A DNA stretch of 64,000 bases. Source: Rhynchopus sp. YZ270_cl-10. Its lineage: Eukaryota. Positions within the stretch are counted from its first letter, which is position 1; each line of letters begins with the position of its first letter. Below are positions 13,376 to 26,591 of the stretch, one piece after another. The position numbers were made by a program, and so were the translations under genes. Location of the stretch: assembly GCA_964035575.1 (NCBI GenBank), contig OZ037836.1:1054001-1118000 (forward strand), in the 5' to 3' direction. The notes beneath the pieces were generated by a model. The model searched no databases. It saw nothing but the letters and a program-made list of their open reading frames with translations, and was not told the DNA's origin.

Positions 13376-14047
13376 CATGGGTAGTATCTGGATCCAGTTC
13401 CCGGTGATTCCAAGTTTCTCAGATTTTTCGTGAAATTCCAGGTTTTTTCCAGGTATTCCAGGTGATTCCAGGTTAATTCCAGTTAATTCCAGGTGGGCTT
13501 AAGCAGAAATCTGCACGAAACACAAACACACATTCCGATCTGGAAGTGTGGACAATGACAAAACACTCGGTTCTTGACACTTTGTAATCTGTCCGTCCAG
13601 TAGTGGGGTCACTTTGCCAAAATGACAAATTATTGGTACATACGTAAATACACACAAGTCACCTACAGTGCAAAAAGCCTAATTCCAGAAAAAACCCAGA
13701 TCTGGAATACTGGGGTGATCAGGGGTAGTCTTGTGCCACAAAATTCGCAAAACCCGGAATGCGAATCGCAAAAATTCGCACACACATATGACCTGCATGA
13801 CATGCATAGGGCATGAAGCTTTGATGTAGCTGTGCCTCTTCTCCGTGTATTTATTGCACTTTGTCTTTTGAGGGACATGGTACGGTAAAGCTACATCAAC
13901 ACGGTCAAGGTACAGAGGCACTGGTAGGATGGTGTTGGTCGACAACTTCTTCTTGCTTGAAAGGCGGCTGAAACCATTATACCTGGATTTTTTTTCTGGA
14001 TTTTTTTTCTGGAAGGACCTGGAATCTGGATCCAGATACTACCCATG
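13376..14047. mobile_element. Non-autonomous DNA transposon (CATGG termini, 6-bp TSD)
   Basis: 22-bp perfect TIR CATGGGTAGTATCTGGATCCAG. TSD AAATAC. The internal ~150 bp (13830-13975) is homologous to 44037-44185. Confidence 0.85.
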
Positions 14048-16243
14048 AAATACAATTTGTTTTTAGACCACTATCACGAGATAGCAGTCACGATTTGCTG
14101 TTGTGTCGACAATCTCCTAAGGACCCGCTTGGGGAACCTAGGGTCTATACTGAGTCGTGCTAATAGCCTGCCTCTGTTCTCTTTTTATTTTTTTTTGAAA
14201 ACTTGGTTGTATTAGTGTAGCCACCCTAGAGTGTGCTCCACTATTTTTTTTTTTTTTTTTTTTTAATTTCGTTTTTACAACGTTTGAGCAACCCTTTACG
14301 GGTTACCTTGTGAATATTTGTGGATATCTTTTTTATGTCAGGCAGTCCAATCGAGAGGGAAATTTTTTTTTGTAGTTGCATCAACAATCACATTATACCT
14401 ACTGGTATAACGATCTGTACTCAATTTCATCCGAAGCCTATGTACTACAGAAGGTATAGACGCAGATCATCCTCAACCCTTAAGAGTAACTTTTTTTTTT
14501 TGAAAGAAAGATGGAGTTGCCCACACGGTGAAACGCAAATTGACTTGGCTTGTAGTTTTGCTTTGTGGCTTTCGCCGTTAGCTTAACGGTGAAACCAACA
14601 AAGAAAACCCACCATTTACTTCACCGTGATAAGATACCTCCTGAAGTAAATATAAGGGAAATCTTGTGAGATGAACATGCCTCGAGTGTACACACGGTTG
14701 TCAGGTCCAGGTGGGAGAACAAAATTGGGAAAAAAAATTGGGTGTTCATTGAGTTATCCCACCATGGTGTGGGCAACTGCTTCTCTCCCAGTGGGTGAGC
14801 TTAGGCACACCCACCCGATTGTTGCTCTCCCAATTTGCTCTGACACCTGGATCTGACAACTGTTGCATACCAGCTTTAAAACTAATAAAAGAGAAGTTGA
14901 AAGTGAAAGCGCTTCATCACAAAGAAAAGAATACCCTGAAAAATATACAGCGCGTGTGTTGCACCCACTCCACTGATACGGGACCAATGAAGTGCGGGAG
15001 GGAGGAGGAGGAGGAGGAGGAGGGGGGTTGAGCTATTGTTCTGTTTATTTTTTTTTTTTTTCGCACAAAATTTTGTTGTGATGTGGTTTTCGCATGAAAA
15101 CAAAAGAAAAAAAATATTTCAAATGGTGTGATTACCCAACCGATTCTCCGTGGTTCTTCCGTGCTCCGGTAAGGGGGGCAGGGTTGTTCCTTGTTCTCGG
15201 AAAAAACAGCAAAATTCTGGATTTATGTTCCCGCTTTTTTCCTTTTTTTGGGCGCAGTGGTCGCGCTAATTATGGGAAAAAATGGGGAAAAAATGGATTT
15301 CGGGTACGAAAAAACGTTCCTAGAAAAGGTTAGCTGGGGAGGCCCGGAAACCCCGTTTTGTGGCATTTCCGGGCCAATCCCAGCCTGTGGTGGGGTATAT
15401 ACGGAAAAATGGACAAAGTTTTAGTGACTTAAATTTTCGCAAAATATGAACCCATACTCGTAAACAAGGGTCATTTTCAGGAAAATTCGGAAAATTCCGA
15501 GATTTGGAAGCAATTTTTCTCCTGAAAATCAGTGGGTTTTCAGCCCCAAAACACACCGCGATTGGAATTTCCGGAATCCGTCCGCGCTGTGGTGGGGTCA
15601 CTTTGCCGAAATGGCCAATTTTTTGGTTTTGGTCAAAATCCATGTGGGTAAAGAGGGCCAAGGTAAATCCCACAACCAGATTTTCTCTCCCTGATCCTGA
15701 CGTCTTGCAACACGAAAATGCGCGAAAACACCGGCATTTGCATTTCCGGAATCCGTCCGTTCTGTGGTGGGGTCAATTTGCCGAAATGGACAAGTTCTTG
15801 GTTTTGGTCAAAACCCGTCAGTGTAAGGTAAAGGGGGCAAGTGTTTGCCTGTAGAAACTGGAAGGGAACAGGCAGCGCCGCAGGCGCACGGTAACCAACT
15901 TTTTTTTTTTTTCTCTTTTCTTTTTTCTCCTCTTTCTTTTGACTTTCCGAGCCAATTGCGTTCCACGGCGGGGTCACATGTATATGCAAGTCCACTATGT
16001 GGTGGTCTTACTCAACAATATTAGAACTTCTGGTTTCTTCCAAAAATCTTGAAATCTGATTCTTGGATAAGGCACTGTGGTGGGGAGAAAAATGTGACCA
16101 CCCCGCACTGCGGGCCTACAACAAAAAAAATATCTTCTCCTGTTGTGCGCGAAAAATTTTCGCGCGCAGCGCGAAATTTTTTTTTTCTATAAGAAAATTT
16201 TGAGATTTAAAAATCAGAAAAATCCTGATTTTTCCCGGATTGA

Positions 16244-16688
16244 CTGGGGGGGGTCGAATAAAGCACGTACGTGTTTTATTAGGCGTCCCTACACTTCAGA
16301 TCCTGAGGTTTAAAAAAAAAAAAAAGTTCGAAAAGGCGAATAAAGCACGTACGTGCTTTATTCGCCTTTTTGAACTTTTTGGAAAGTTTTTCCAGTCGCA
16401 ATTTTTTTTTCGATTTTTTTCCGCCCAAGAGGTGATTTTGCTGCATTTCCGAGCCAATCCCAGCTTGTGGTGGGGCATATTCGGAAAAATGGACAAAATT
16501 TCAGCGACTTAAATTTTCACAAAATACGAACTACCTTGTCACAACACAGGAAAAGTTCAAAAAGTCGAATAAAGCACGTACGTGCTTTATTCGACGCAAA
16601 AAAAAGCAAAAATCCCATTTTTCAAATGCGTGCTTTATTCGACGTACGTGCTTTATTCGAATTACCTCGTTTATTCGGCCCCCCCCAG
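16244..16688. mobile_element. MITE with CTGGGGGGG(T/C)CGAATAAA termini
   Basis: Terminal inverted repeats and repeated internal palindromes CGAATAAAGCACGTACGTGCTTTATTCG. Confidence 0.6.
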
Positions 16689-19189
16689 TAATGAAATCCC
16701 CGTACTGCAAAAAAAAAAACGTTCCTACCAAAACCCCCAAAAATCCCGGGATGAAGGATGGGCTTTAGCGCGAGCCCTGTTTGGGCGGGGGGGTTTTTTT
16801 TTTTTTTTTTGCCCTTTCCGAGCTCTACCCTCACTGTAGTGGGGTCATTTCGAGAAAATGGACTAGTTCTTGATTGATACAAATTTTGGTCACGACCACT
16901 AGTGAGTTGCTCACAATGCTAAATGAGTGTCAGAACTGTGATTCTGGGCCCACTTTAACCGCCCCTCGAAATTCAAAAAGGGGTCCCAAACCCGGGCGCG
17001 CTACACGCGCGCAGAACTTTTTGCAGCTTTGGTCTAGTTGCATTTTTGGCTGCAAAATGCAAGGGGATCCCCAAAGACGTTGGGAATATTATTTGGATGG
17101 GGCAGTGATTTTGTACCTGAAAACATGCTCCCTCGTGGTAACCGTGTGCATGCCAATGAAGTGCTCTCTGGGGTTCGATAACCCGTGGAACCAGTGCTTC
17201 CGCCGATGAACGGTGAAGCGTTTGCACTTCTCTTTTTGCGGAGCAAAAAAATAATATAAATGGCGCCGCAGGCAAAAAATTTGGGTACGGTGTAAAAATC
17301 TAGCTTCCAAAAAACCCTTTTTTGTAGAGTAAAAAATGAATAATGGCGCCGCAGGCAAAAAAAAATTGGGGATACAGCCCTGGACGGTGCAGGATTTTGG
17401 TGTCATTTTTTTTTTTCCTTGCCCCCTGAAAACTCTTGCTTTTGAGAGTTTCGACCATTTCACCACACTGGTGGTGTGTCACCTACAGTGAAACCCACCA
17501 GAAACCACAAGAAAGCCCCCCAAGGAAAAAAGGAAAAAAAAAAAAAGGAAAAAAAAACTAAAATCCAGAATTTCATGTTCTCGGTCCCACTTAGGAACTT
17601 CCCTGAAGGGGGTATACTCTTTTTTTTTATTGTTTTCGTTTTTCGCCACCCGGGGGGCTTCGAGACCTGGCAACCGCACACGGTTGTGTACAAGTGATTT
17701 TGCTGACCAAAACATAAAAGTAACAACCAAAAATAAAAAAAAACTGATGATAAAATGATTTGCTAAAGCAAACTGACGGTGTTGACTTGGCTGTGCAGTC
17801 AGACACAGCCCCCTGGACAAGTCAGGATAGTGTCACGTGGACACTACACCGCGACCCGGAGGAAAGGGAATGTGATGCCACAAACATCCGGACTGGGAAA
17901 GCCTCCAAGGCGGTCATGGCATATATAGTTGCGTATTACAGCACACACAGCACACACTATCTACGGGCGGTCCATTTTTGCTGTGTCGACAATCGCCGAG
18001 TAATCCCACCAGGTGGGAGAATTCGGGTCTGCACTCAATGCCGAAGCCTTTGTACTACGGAAGGTATAGACGTCGTTCGTCCTGAACCCTTAAGAGCAAC
18101 TTTTAGGATGAAAAGAACCTTCAAAGGGGTAGTCCGCATCAAGGTGTTGTACACCAATGCACGGCCACATGCTAAGAAGGGGGTATTGGAGGTTACAGTT
18201 AAGAAACTGCCCTCTTTTCAAATGTGGGAAAGTAGAGGTGGGGTTACAGCCCCGCACACCTCCCCCCCAAGGTGTGGCAGAGGAATTGCGTCTCTGGGCT
18301 GACGCCAAGGCACTTACAAGCGCGCACAAAAGAGGTTCAGGAAAGAAACTCTTGAGAGGCTAATGCGGAGCGCACCTATGATGGGTGATGGGGCATGATA
18401 GGGGGAAAATGAAAGGAGGGGGGAAAGGGGGGGGGGGGGGGGGGGGTTAGGGGGGGTAGGGGATATCAAAGGGGTGTCACATTTGACGTTTTTCAAATTA
18501 GTGAAAACCGCCTATCAGAAAGTGCCAAAACCGCCTCCAACCACCCCACACCCCCCAGAAAACCTGTTCTTGCCCCGAAACTACCCATAGGGGGGTCTTC
18601 TGGGCCGTAAAATGCAATTCTAAAAAAGTGGTCACACTTCTGTACCTGGGCACCCCCACAGAACCCCCTTCAGAATACGAGAAAATAAAGTTCGACAACG
18701 CCACGGTCGGAGAGGGTTGGAAAGCAGGCTGAGGCACACGCGACGCTTGTGCTGGTGTTCTTCGGGGGAGAACTGTGCAGAAAGCGCCGGGGCGGCATCC
18801 TGCATGGCTGCACAGAGGTTGAAGAGAAGGGCGGGTCTAGGGGTGCGACTCCACTGTTTATAGGTGGGAACTATTGTCGTAATAACCTCTTACGGCATTT
18901 TTGGCCATTTCCAGGCCACCTCCGGTCGGAAAACCTCCCAGAAATGGGTCAGAAACACCCTGTGACCCGAAAATTCATGATAAGGGCGACTCAGAATATG
19001 ATAAAATGCAAAAAAGTAGTGAAAAAGTGGATTTTGACGGTTTTGGCCATGTTGGGTAAAATGGCCATTTTTGGTGAAAAAAAATAAAAAAAACAGCAAA
19101 ATTTCGACATCATGACAGCTGCTTGGGCACAAAACTGCCCAAAAATGTCCTGTGAGTCTATTCCGACCTGTTTTGGACACTTTAGGTAC

Positions 19190-19220
<31 letters not shown>

Positions 19221-19554
19221 ATTCCAGGCTCTCCGCTAGGATTTCCGATTTTGAAAATGTTCTGTTGATGGTCCACGTGGTGGGGTACATGCTTGCGCCG
19301 CAGGCGCACGGTACGCAACTTTTTTTTTTTTCAACGCCCGATTTTGACTTTTTTGGGACGTTTGAGCACTCACCTCTCCATATCTTCTTCTCCTGAGCTT
19401 TTTTGACAAGTAGAACGGGTCTGAACCACTCAGCAGAACTTTTTTTTTTTTTTTTTTTCCCCCATTTTCAAAAAGTTCTGTTGACAATCAACAGAACTTT
19501 AGTACCTAGCGGAGTGCCTGATGTATTCTGTAACCTCTCTCTATTTTACGGCAG

Positions 19555-20712
19555 GTGTGACCGGTTGAGGATGCACTGACGACGCAGCTGGAGTGTGAGG
19601 GAGACGACACGTGTCTCTGGGACGCTGTGTGGTCGAAGGACGGGTGCGTGAAGAACCCCTGCCTGAATACGCCGGATGAGGACGACTGCCTTGCTGTGTC
19701 TGTGGACATCCCTGACCCATGCACGCCACCTGCAGGAAACCCGGACTACTGCAAGTTGGATGTGTGCGACTTCCATGCAGGAAACGACTGTGAGGTGTCG
19801 AAGTGTCTCGAGGACGAGGAGGGCCGTTGCGAGACGGATCCCAACTGCGTCTGGATCCCTGCGGACCCGCTTCCGACCGGCCCTGTGTCGACCCTCGTGG
19901 GATTCTGTGACGAGAAGCAGTGTCTGCACACCCAGCAAGCGGACTGTGAGAAGGACGAAGTCTGCAAGTGGGACGGTGCTAACTGTGTGGAGACAGAGTG
20001 CGGTGTGCACAGGAACGAGAAGGACTGTGACCAGGACGCCACTTGTCATTGGGACCTGGACTCGGATCCGACCAACTGCAAGGAGACGCCATGTGCGCCG
20101 TACAAGTCGCAGGACCCGTGCAACGGGGATGATGACTGCATGTGGACAACTGTGCACGGGACCGACGTGTGCGTGCCGAAGACGTGCGAGAAGTACGACA
20201 ACAAGTGTGAGTGCGAGGTGGATGCCGACTGCAAGTGGCACCACGGACAGGGAACCGGACAGTGCGTGGCGACGGCGTACGACACGTGCCCTGACATGGA
20301 CGTTGCCTTCGTGCTTGACGGCTCTGGTTCGATGTCTCGTTCCTTCGGTAAGCACAAGCACGGATTCTACGGCCTGATGGAGATCCTGCGTGACTGGCTG
20401 AAGGACGTGCCCCTGACGGGAGACGACCACACCGCAGGTGCCGACATCTCGTCGAAGGGCAAGGGATTCCGTATGACCTTCATTCAGTTCTCGAAGCGCA
20501 ACGCCAAGCCTGAGGAGGACCACCCTATCAACTGTGCCGTTGGTGAGTGCACTAGCGGTCTCCTGTCTGGTCACCGTGACGAGCTTCAGGGAGACATTGA
20601 CTGGCACGAGGACAACTACCAGTCGCAGTGGACGTACCTTCACGACGCACTTGGTGACGTGGCAGAGCACACCTTCGTTGTGACACAGAGCCCCCCGTGG
20701 AGAGAGCACGTT
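19555..20712 (+). pseudogene. Isolated exon/fragment of a Cys-rich repeat + von Willebrand factor A domain surface protein
   Basis: Cys-rich repeats (C-x4-C-x5-C-x-W), then a MIDAS motif DVAFVLDGSGS. Preceded by a pyrimidine tract and CAG (19552-19554) and followed by GTGAGG (20713). The VWA domain is truncated. An apparent 1-nt frameshift lies at 19558-19561. Confidence 0.8.
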
Positions 20713-20953
20713 GTGAGGAAGGGCATTCTTTTACTTTTTTTTTCTGTGTGTTTGTTTTCTTGTTGTAGTCTTTTTTGGTGAAGGGGCTTGGCCGACGACA
20801 CTGAGAACCTCTTTGGTTCATAGCTGTTAACGACGTCTGGTCCTACCTAGCTGTACACTCTAATTCTAAAAATAAAATAAAATAAAACCAATAGGCAAAG
20901 GGGGAGGGGGGAGGCTAAAAGCCAAACAAAAGTAAAGAATGAAAAAGAAAAAC

Positions 20954-21364
20954 TCAAGTGCTCTGGGACGGCCGCGAGTTCCTGCTCCGCTTTAGGCCCC
21001 GCAGACGGTTGTAGAGGGTGTAAGCCTCTTCCACCTCGTCGGAGCTCATCGACGGCTTCTTCGCTTCTTTCCACAGGTAGAGGCAGGCGAGGGCGTCATC
21101 CACCGACTGCCAATCCCCTCCCGCTGCCAGCGACTGGTGCTGAAGCGTGTTCGGGTAGAACGTGTCCTTCCACGCCTCGGCGGTCGCTGGACACCCCATG
21201 TTGTTGAATCCTGGGCAGGGCGCCATACCGGCATAGAACGGCACGTTGGTCGGGAGGGCTGTAGGTGCGGGTTGAGAGCCACTCTCCGATTGCGTGTACG
21301 TGCTGGGGGCCGAAGTGGCGTCAGACATGGGGACTGCGAGTTCTGATTCGTCGATGAGGTCCAT
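20954..21364 (-). CDS. Hypothetical 136-aa protein inside the Pack-type element
   Basis: ATG-to-stop ORF that forms a GC-rich island sharply bounded by AT-rich sequence. No recognisable domain. Confidence 0.45.
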   Translation of the reverse strand: MDLIDESELAVPMSDATSAPSTYTQSESGSQPAPTALPTNVPFYAGMAPCPGFNNMGCPATAEAWKDTFYPNTLQHQSLAAGGDWQSVDDALACLYLWKEAKKPSMSSDEVEEAYTLYNRLRGLKRSRNSRPSQST

Positions 21365-23638
21365 AGAGACTTTTTTTGGCCGTTTTTTGGTGTTTTTGTG
21401 GTAAAAAACGTCCTATGATAGCCTATACTAATCGCAAGACACCGTTTGTCCCTTCTGGACCAATATGTGGGCCAAAAAATGGGTGAAACCCCCCGAAAAA
21501 GCACTCCGGGAGCCCAGATAGTTCCAAATTTCCCCGCCAACTCACAAAACCACCTCAAAAACATGCCAGTAAAACATTTTTAAAAACTATAGGGAGTCAC
21601 ACCCCCTATGGGGAGGGGTGCCCAGGTACAGAAGTGTGACCACTTTTTTAGAATTGCATTTTACGGCCCAGAAGACCCCCCTATGGGGAGTTTCGGGGCA
21701 GGAACAGGTTTTCTGGGGGGTGTGGGGTGGTTGGAGGCGGTTTTGGCACTTTCTGATAGGCGGTTTTCACTTATTTTGAAAAACGTCAAATGTGACACTT
21801 TTAAATAGGCCTTTGATATCCCCTAAAGGGGGGGGGGGGGGGGGAGGGGATGAATCAGCATCAAAAACAGACTGTCACGTTAACCTATACAGGTTCTTCC
21901 CTGAAACTCCACGCGCAGGATCAGCAACTTGCGGAGAGCATCACACCACTCGGTAATCCTCGGGTCATCCGCCCCCTGCAGTCGGACCCTCTCTCTCGGC
22001 GTTTTCCCCAAGGCGAAGTCACGAAGCAGAATTTCGCAAAAGCAGAATTTCCGCTATGCTCAGCGCCATCGGGTAGACGGCGTCCCAGTCAGCGAAGCGA
22101 GAGATGGACGAGGTGGGACCTCTCTCAAATTTGAGGTCATTTTCCCCTTGTGACAGAAACCGAGAACAAAAAAAAAAAAAAAAAAGTATACCCCCTAGCA
22201 GTTCTCCGTGGTTCCCCCGTGGTTCTTCCGTGGGTTCTCCGTACCCCCTGAATCACACCAATTTCAGTGACATTATTTTCTAAAATAAAAGAAGGTATTG
22301 AAGCGAAACAAAAAAAGTACGCTTTTTTTGTAAGGGGTAATTATCATAACACCCACGTTACTAATACCCATTTACGTGGGTGTTATAGTCATTTTCCCTT
22401 TTTTTTAAAAGGAAAATAGAAACTAACTTCAGGTTCTGAATAAAAAGAAAACAATGAAAAACAACCTTTTTCGTTTATCGCACCGCAAGCTTGATGTGTT
22501 TTTTTCCCGCTGAAGTGTGTGTTGTATGAGAGAAGAAAAAAATAATGAGTGAGAAAAACACAAGCTGGCGGGCACGCACCTTCCGTCGTTTCTATTTTCC
22601 TATTGTCTACCTTGATTTACAAAAAAAAAAAAGAAAAGAATTGGGTGTTGCTCTACAAATACATCTCACTGAGCACTCAACGAGAGAGAAAAGGGAACGA
22701 ACAAAACACAACAGATGGTAGTGTTCCCTTTAACCCCTTTGCACCCTCGAGAGGGCTTTGAAAAAATAACGTATTACAACGTAATGCAATCAATAAATTG
22801 ATGGCATGAAGAGGATATAAAAAGGGGTTGGGGTGAGGATACCACAAACGATACGCAGCGTCAGAGAATAAGATAGAACCTGAGCTTCTCGCGCTTGGCT
22901 ACCAACGAAAAAAAGGGGGGGGAGGTTAACTTGAAATACAAATCCCTCTCGTGACAGAGTTCCAAAAAAAAGAAGTGGAATTACGGTGCCACAGGCTGCC
23001 CTCGAGTTTTGACCACCTGTGTGATCATGACAAACACAAAGATATTTTTTTTTTTTCCCTTTTCCTTTGGTGCATATCCTTGTTTCAAAAATTTGTCATC
23101 AATATAATCACCAGAGTCAACAGGAGGGGATTGGCAGGATGACAATGAAAGGGAAAGGGAAGCTAAAAAGAACACACCCGCCACCTATGTGACTAAGTTG
23201 TATAATAGATGCTCGGCACCCCCGACCGAATACCGTATTATACGTACAATACGATTACCGTATTATACGGTGTTATACGGTGCTGCTGGGGGGCCGAATA
23301 CCATATAATTTTTTACAATCTAGCCTGTGCCATAAACGTTTTTTAAAAAAATAGGATGGAAGCACCCCGGTCCAAAAAGGAATGCAGCCACCCCTTTTAC
23401 AATCTAGCCTATGTCATTACTATGAGGTGGATGGGCACGTTGGCAAAAAAAGAAAGAAAAGCAATTGGTGTGAGAAAATAGCAGAAAGTAGCAGAAAATA
23501 GCACCTCCCTTCAGCCGCACTAAATCCAGATGCCCAGAATAGCAAAAAAAAAAAATAGCAGAAAATAGCACAACAATCGCACTCCCTTTCAGCCACACCA
23601 ATTTTTTATGAATTTTTTGTTATGTTTGCTTTGTGCTC

Positions 23639-23771
23639 TTGTTTTGTTTTGTTTTGTTTTGTTTTGTTTTGTTTTGTTTTGTTTTGTTTTGTTTTGTTTT
23701 GTTTTGTTTTGTTTTGTTTTGTTTTGTTTTGTTTTGTTTTGTTTTGTTTTGTTTTGTTTTGTTTCGTTTTG
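23639..23771. repeat. (TTTTG)n microsatellite
   Basis: 5-bp tandem array. Confidence 0.95.
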
Positions 23772-24071
23772 TAACACGTTTCATGCTCCGGAGGGGGGAC
23801 CTGAGGGGGGGTCGATATGTTGGCAGGTCGTTGAAATAGGGGATGATACCATTTTCTTTAATTTCCCTTACAATTTTGGAGGGGAAAAAACACACCAACA
23901 CACAAAACGCTAATGGTAACTTTAAAAAAGGACACACCTCCCCCATATATGGACCGATTTCCCAATAGCACCAATTCAGCAAAAGAGAGAAAGAAATTAG
24001 TTTTTACGTACTTTCCTACATCTAAGATGAGAAAGTACAAGGGCGATCTATTCAGATACATCCAAGAGAAC

Positions 24072-24728
24072 CAGGGCCTTCAACCATCGACAAAGTCTGT
24101 CCACAGTTTTGTCGAAGTAAAAAAAAAAAATGTGACCTCCCCGCGCTTCGCGCGCGCGGGTGCAGCAAATCACAGGAGAGAAGCTCTCAGGGTTTTATAC
24201 AGGTTTTGGTCATTTTTGAAAACTCGGTCAGCCAAAAAACACCGCCTGTCCCACACACGTGTATGTCAACACAAGCAGCATTGGTAGCTTTGTAGCCACT
24301 GGTGATCCACAAGCCGTAGTGGGTGTCACAGCTTTCGTATCAGTAAGCTCGGTACATTTATAACAACAAAGGTCCCTCTGGCGAAGCCACGGTACGCAAT
24401 ATTTCAAATATTGCGCATACCATGGCGCTTTATTTACAGCCAAACTATGTCATGGGAAGGGTGGGATGCCTGCTTGCGCCGCAGGCGCACGGTACGCTAC
24501 TTTTGCCTGGCTCACTCCTCGTTGGGTTCTACGAGCTCTGTCCAAATGGTCACAGTGGATCACAGGAGAATGTTAAAACCCTGAACCGAGTTTCTCCCGT
24601 GGACTACCCTGCAACTGGTCAGAGACTGTCAGAGATGAAGAGATTTTTCCAAAATCCCATATTTTTATATAGATTTGTCGAACTTCGACAAAAAAAACCC
24701 CCCCAAAATAAAAAAGTTGAAGGCCCTG
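24072..24728. mobile_element. hAT-type MITE
   Basis: 13-bp TIR CAGGGCCTTCAAC. 8-bp TSD AAGAGAA(C/G). Empty site at ~56858-56865. Confidence 0.85.
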
Positions 24729-24959
24729 AAGAGAAGGGAAGAAGAAAAAAAATAAATAAAGGGAAACTTACTACACCACGTTAAAGTCTTTGGCAAACAG
24801 TAAGCAGCATCAAGGGTGCCACGTACTCCTCTCCCTTTAGTATTTTTTTTTTATTCCAGAAAAAGAAATTTTTTTTTGGTGAGGCGCCTTAACCGATTCC
24901 CCGTGTTTCTATCAGTTGTCCTTGCTCAAATGAGTAATTTTTCTCTTTTCGTTTCTTTT

Positions 24960-26558
24960 TTAGTTCGCGCATCCGATAAACAGCTTATCCGCAAACCCTG
25001 GGTCGATTTCGTGCGCTACTTGGAAGAGAGCCTCACAGAGATCGTCATGCAGGTTCTCCTTGCATTTGATACTCCGCGTGAAGTATGTGTTCGGGCCGAA
25101 GAAGGCAAGCCGCAGATAGCTGATGTCATGCCTCATCACTTTAGATTTGAACGAAAACGACGTGAATTTGTCAATGTAGTAATGGTCGGAGGAATGCATC
25201 ACGGTGCTGGCCAGAAACGCGTTGGTCACCTCCGGTGTCCATCCGGGACGCAGCTTCTTGATGATGACCCGCGAGGCCATGATGATGTTGTGTGCTGTAG
25301 AGTTTCTTGCGGCAAGATGGATGAATTTGTTTGCTGCCTCGTGGTCTGCGTGGCTTTGCCCGGTGGGGCGTGCACAGTGATGGATTGGAAGTCCTTGAGC
25401 GCCGTTGTGTGACAGAATGTCGGCCATCACTGCAGCAGATCCCACTCCAATACCACCATAGGACCCATACGAGGCCGCGTTGTTCATCCACTGTGTTATG
25501 TCGTTGCTTTCTTGCGCGAGGTCCCAGCGATCCGCAGGGTCGGTGGGGTTGATCAACTGCGCGGTTCCATTCGCCCACCAGTGGATATGGAAGTGAGCGT
25601 ACAAGGAAGCGATAGTGTTCGCAATGACAACTGCCTCCTCGATGTCGTCATCCTCCGGTCCAACAACACGGTGCTCGCCAAGACCGTCATCCATGAGTAG
25701 AGTCATGCCGAGAAACTCTTGTTTATCGTGGTCCAAATCGATGGTCACGTAGTTGATGTTAATCACCGAGGTGTCTTGGAAGGGGAGACGCAAATTTTCG
25801 AACCTCAAATGCCCCGTTTCAAAGTCCATCCAGGAGATCATGCAGGTGTTTACCATTGCTTGGTACATATCGCAGCGGGTAGTTCTTCTCTTCGGCGAGA
25901 ACCGCCCGATGTGCGCATACCTCAAAAAGACGCGGAAAAAGATGTTCAAAGGGTACTCCACCCCAATGGTCGCCTGGTTGTAGAGGTACGCGCCCAGCTG
26001 CATTCCGTAGTACGAAGCAGACCTGCGCATGGCATAGGTGATGTTCAACCCCTTCGGCACCCACCGTCTGTTCAGCATATCCTTCGCGAAGGTAGCGTCC
26101 GTTGTGTCCGGGGCTTTCCCCTGCAGTGTAACCTGGGTTGTCGTGAAGGGCGCCTTCTCAAAAGGCTCGATTGGGACTGGTGTGAGATTGTTGTTCCAAC
26201 AAAGAAGCAGAAACGCGCCCAAACGGTACATCGTGAGAAGCAGAGGAACGGAGAGGAATAGACGGCGGTACGATACCGTGGAAAAGGTGGGGAGCTTTTC
26301 GAGCCAAGGGAACGACCCAAAGAGCTCGCGGAAGAGTGCAGGGTATTCCCGGGGAAGCGCTGCAAGCTCGGCGCAGCCACAAAGCAGAAAGACAGTCTTC
26401 GCAAAATTCGTCATAATGCCCCGCGGGTATGTGATGGCCACATCCTCGGACGTTGCACAAGCATAGGCAAAGGCTGGCAAATTCGGTCTCCACTGCATCC
26501 ACACAAATGCACCAACCCCTGCTGCGAAACCTACCCGATGGTCGAAGAAGTCCGACAT
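24960..26558 (-). CDS. Uncharacterised 532-aa protein with N-terminal hydrophobic segments and two H-x3-H motifs (possible metalloenzyme), copy 1
   Basis: Long intact ATG ORF. Its paralog at 57093-58691 has the same length with the frame preserved. Motifs HFHIH and HSSDH. Confidence 0.9.
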   Translation of the reverse strand: MSDFFDHRVGFAAGVGAFVWMQWRPNLPAFAYACATSEDVAITYPRGIMTNFAKTVFLLCGCAELAALPREYPALFRELFGSFPWLEKLPTFSTVSYRRLFLSVPLLLTMYRLGAFLLLCWNNNLTPVPIEPFEKAPFTTTQVTLQGKAPDTTDATFAKDMLNRRWVPKGLNITYAMRRSASYYGMQLGAYLYNQATIGVEYPLNIFFRVFLRYAHIGRFSPKRRTTRCDMYQAMVNTCMISWMDFETGHLRFENLRLPFQDTSVININYVTIDLDHDKQEFLGMTLLMDDGLGEHRVVGPEDDDIEEAVVIANTIASLYAHFHIHWWANGTAQLINPTDPADRWDLAQESNDITQWMNNAASYGSYGGIGVGSAAVMADILSHNGAQGLPIHHCARPTGQSHADHEAANKFIHLAARNSTAHNIIMASRVIIKKLRPGWTPEVTNAFLASTVMHSSDHYYIDKFTSFSFKSKVMRHDISYLRLAFFGPNTYFTRSIKCKENLHDDLCEALFQVAHEIDPGFADKLFIGCAN

Positions 26559-26591
26559 AGGAAAGGGGGGAAAGGAGGAGGAGGAAATAAA

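Larger units (their letters stand above)
18457..21825. mobile_element. Pack-type TIR element carrying captured gene fragments
   Basis: TAGGGGATATCAAAGG / CCTTTGATATCCCCTA termini and ~200-bp inverted arms (18457-18658, 21614-21825). Both flanks are A+G7-like. Segments 18940-19190 and 21370-21590 are contiguous in the copy at 34050-34520. Confidence 0.75.
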
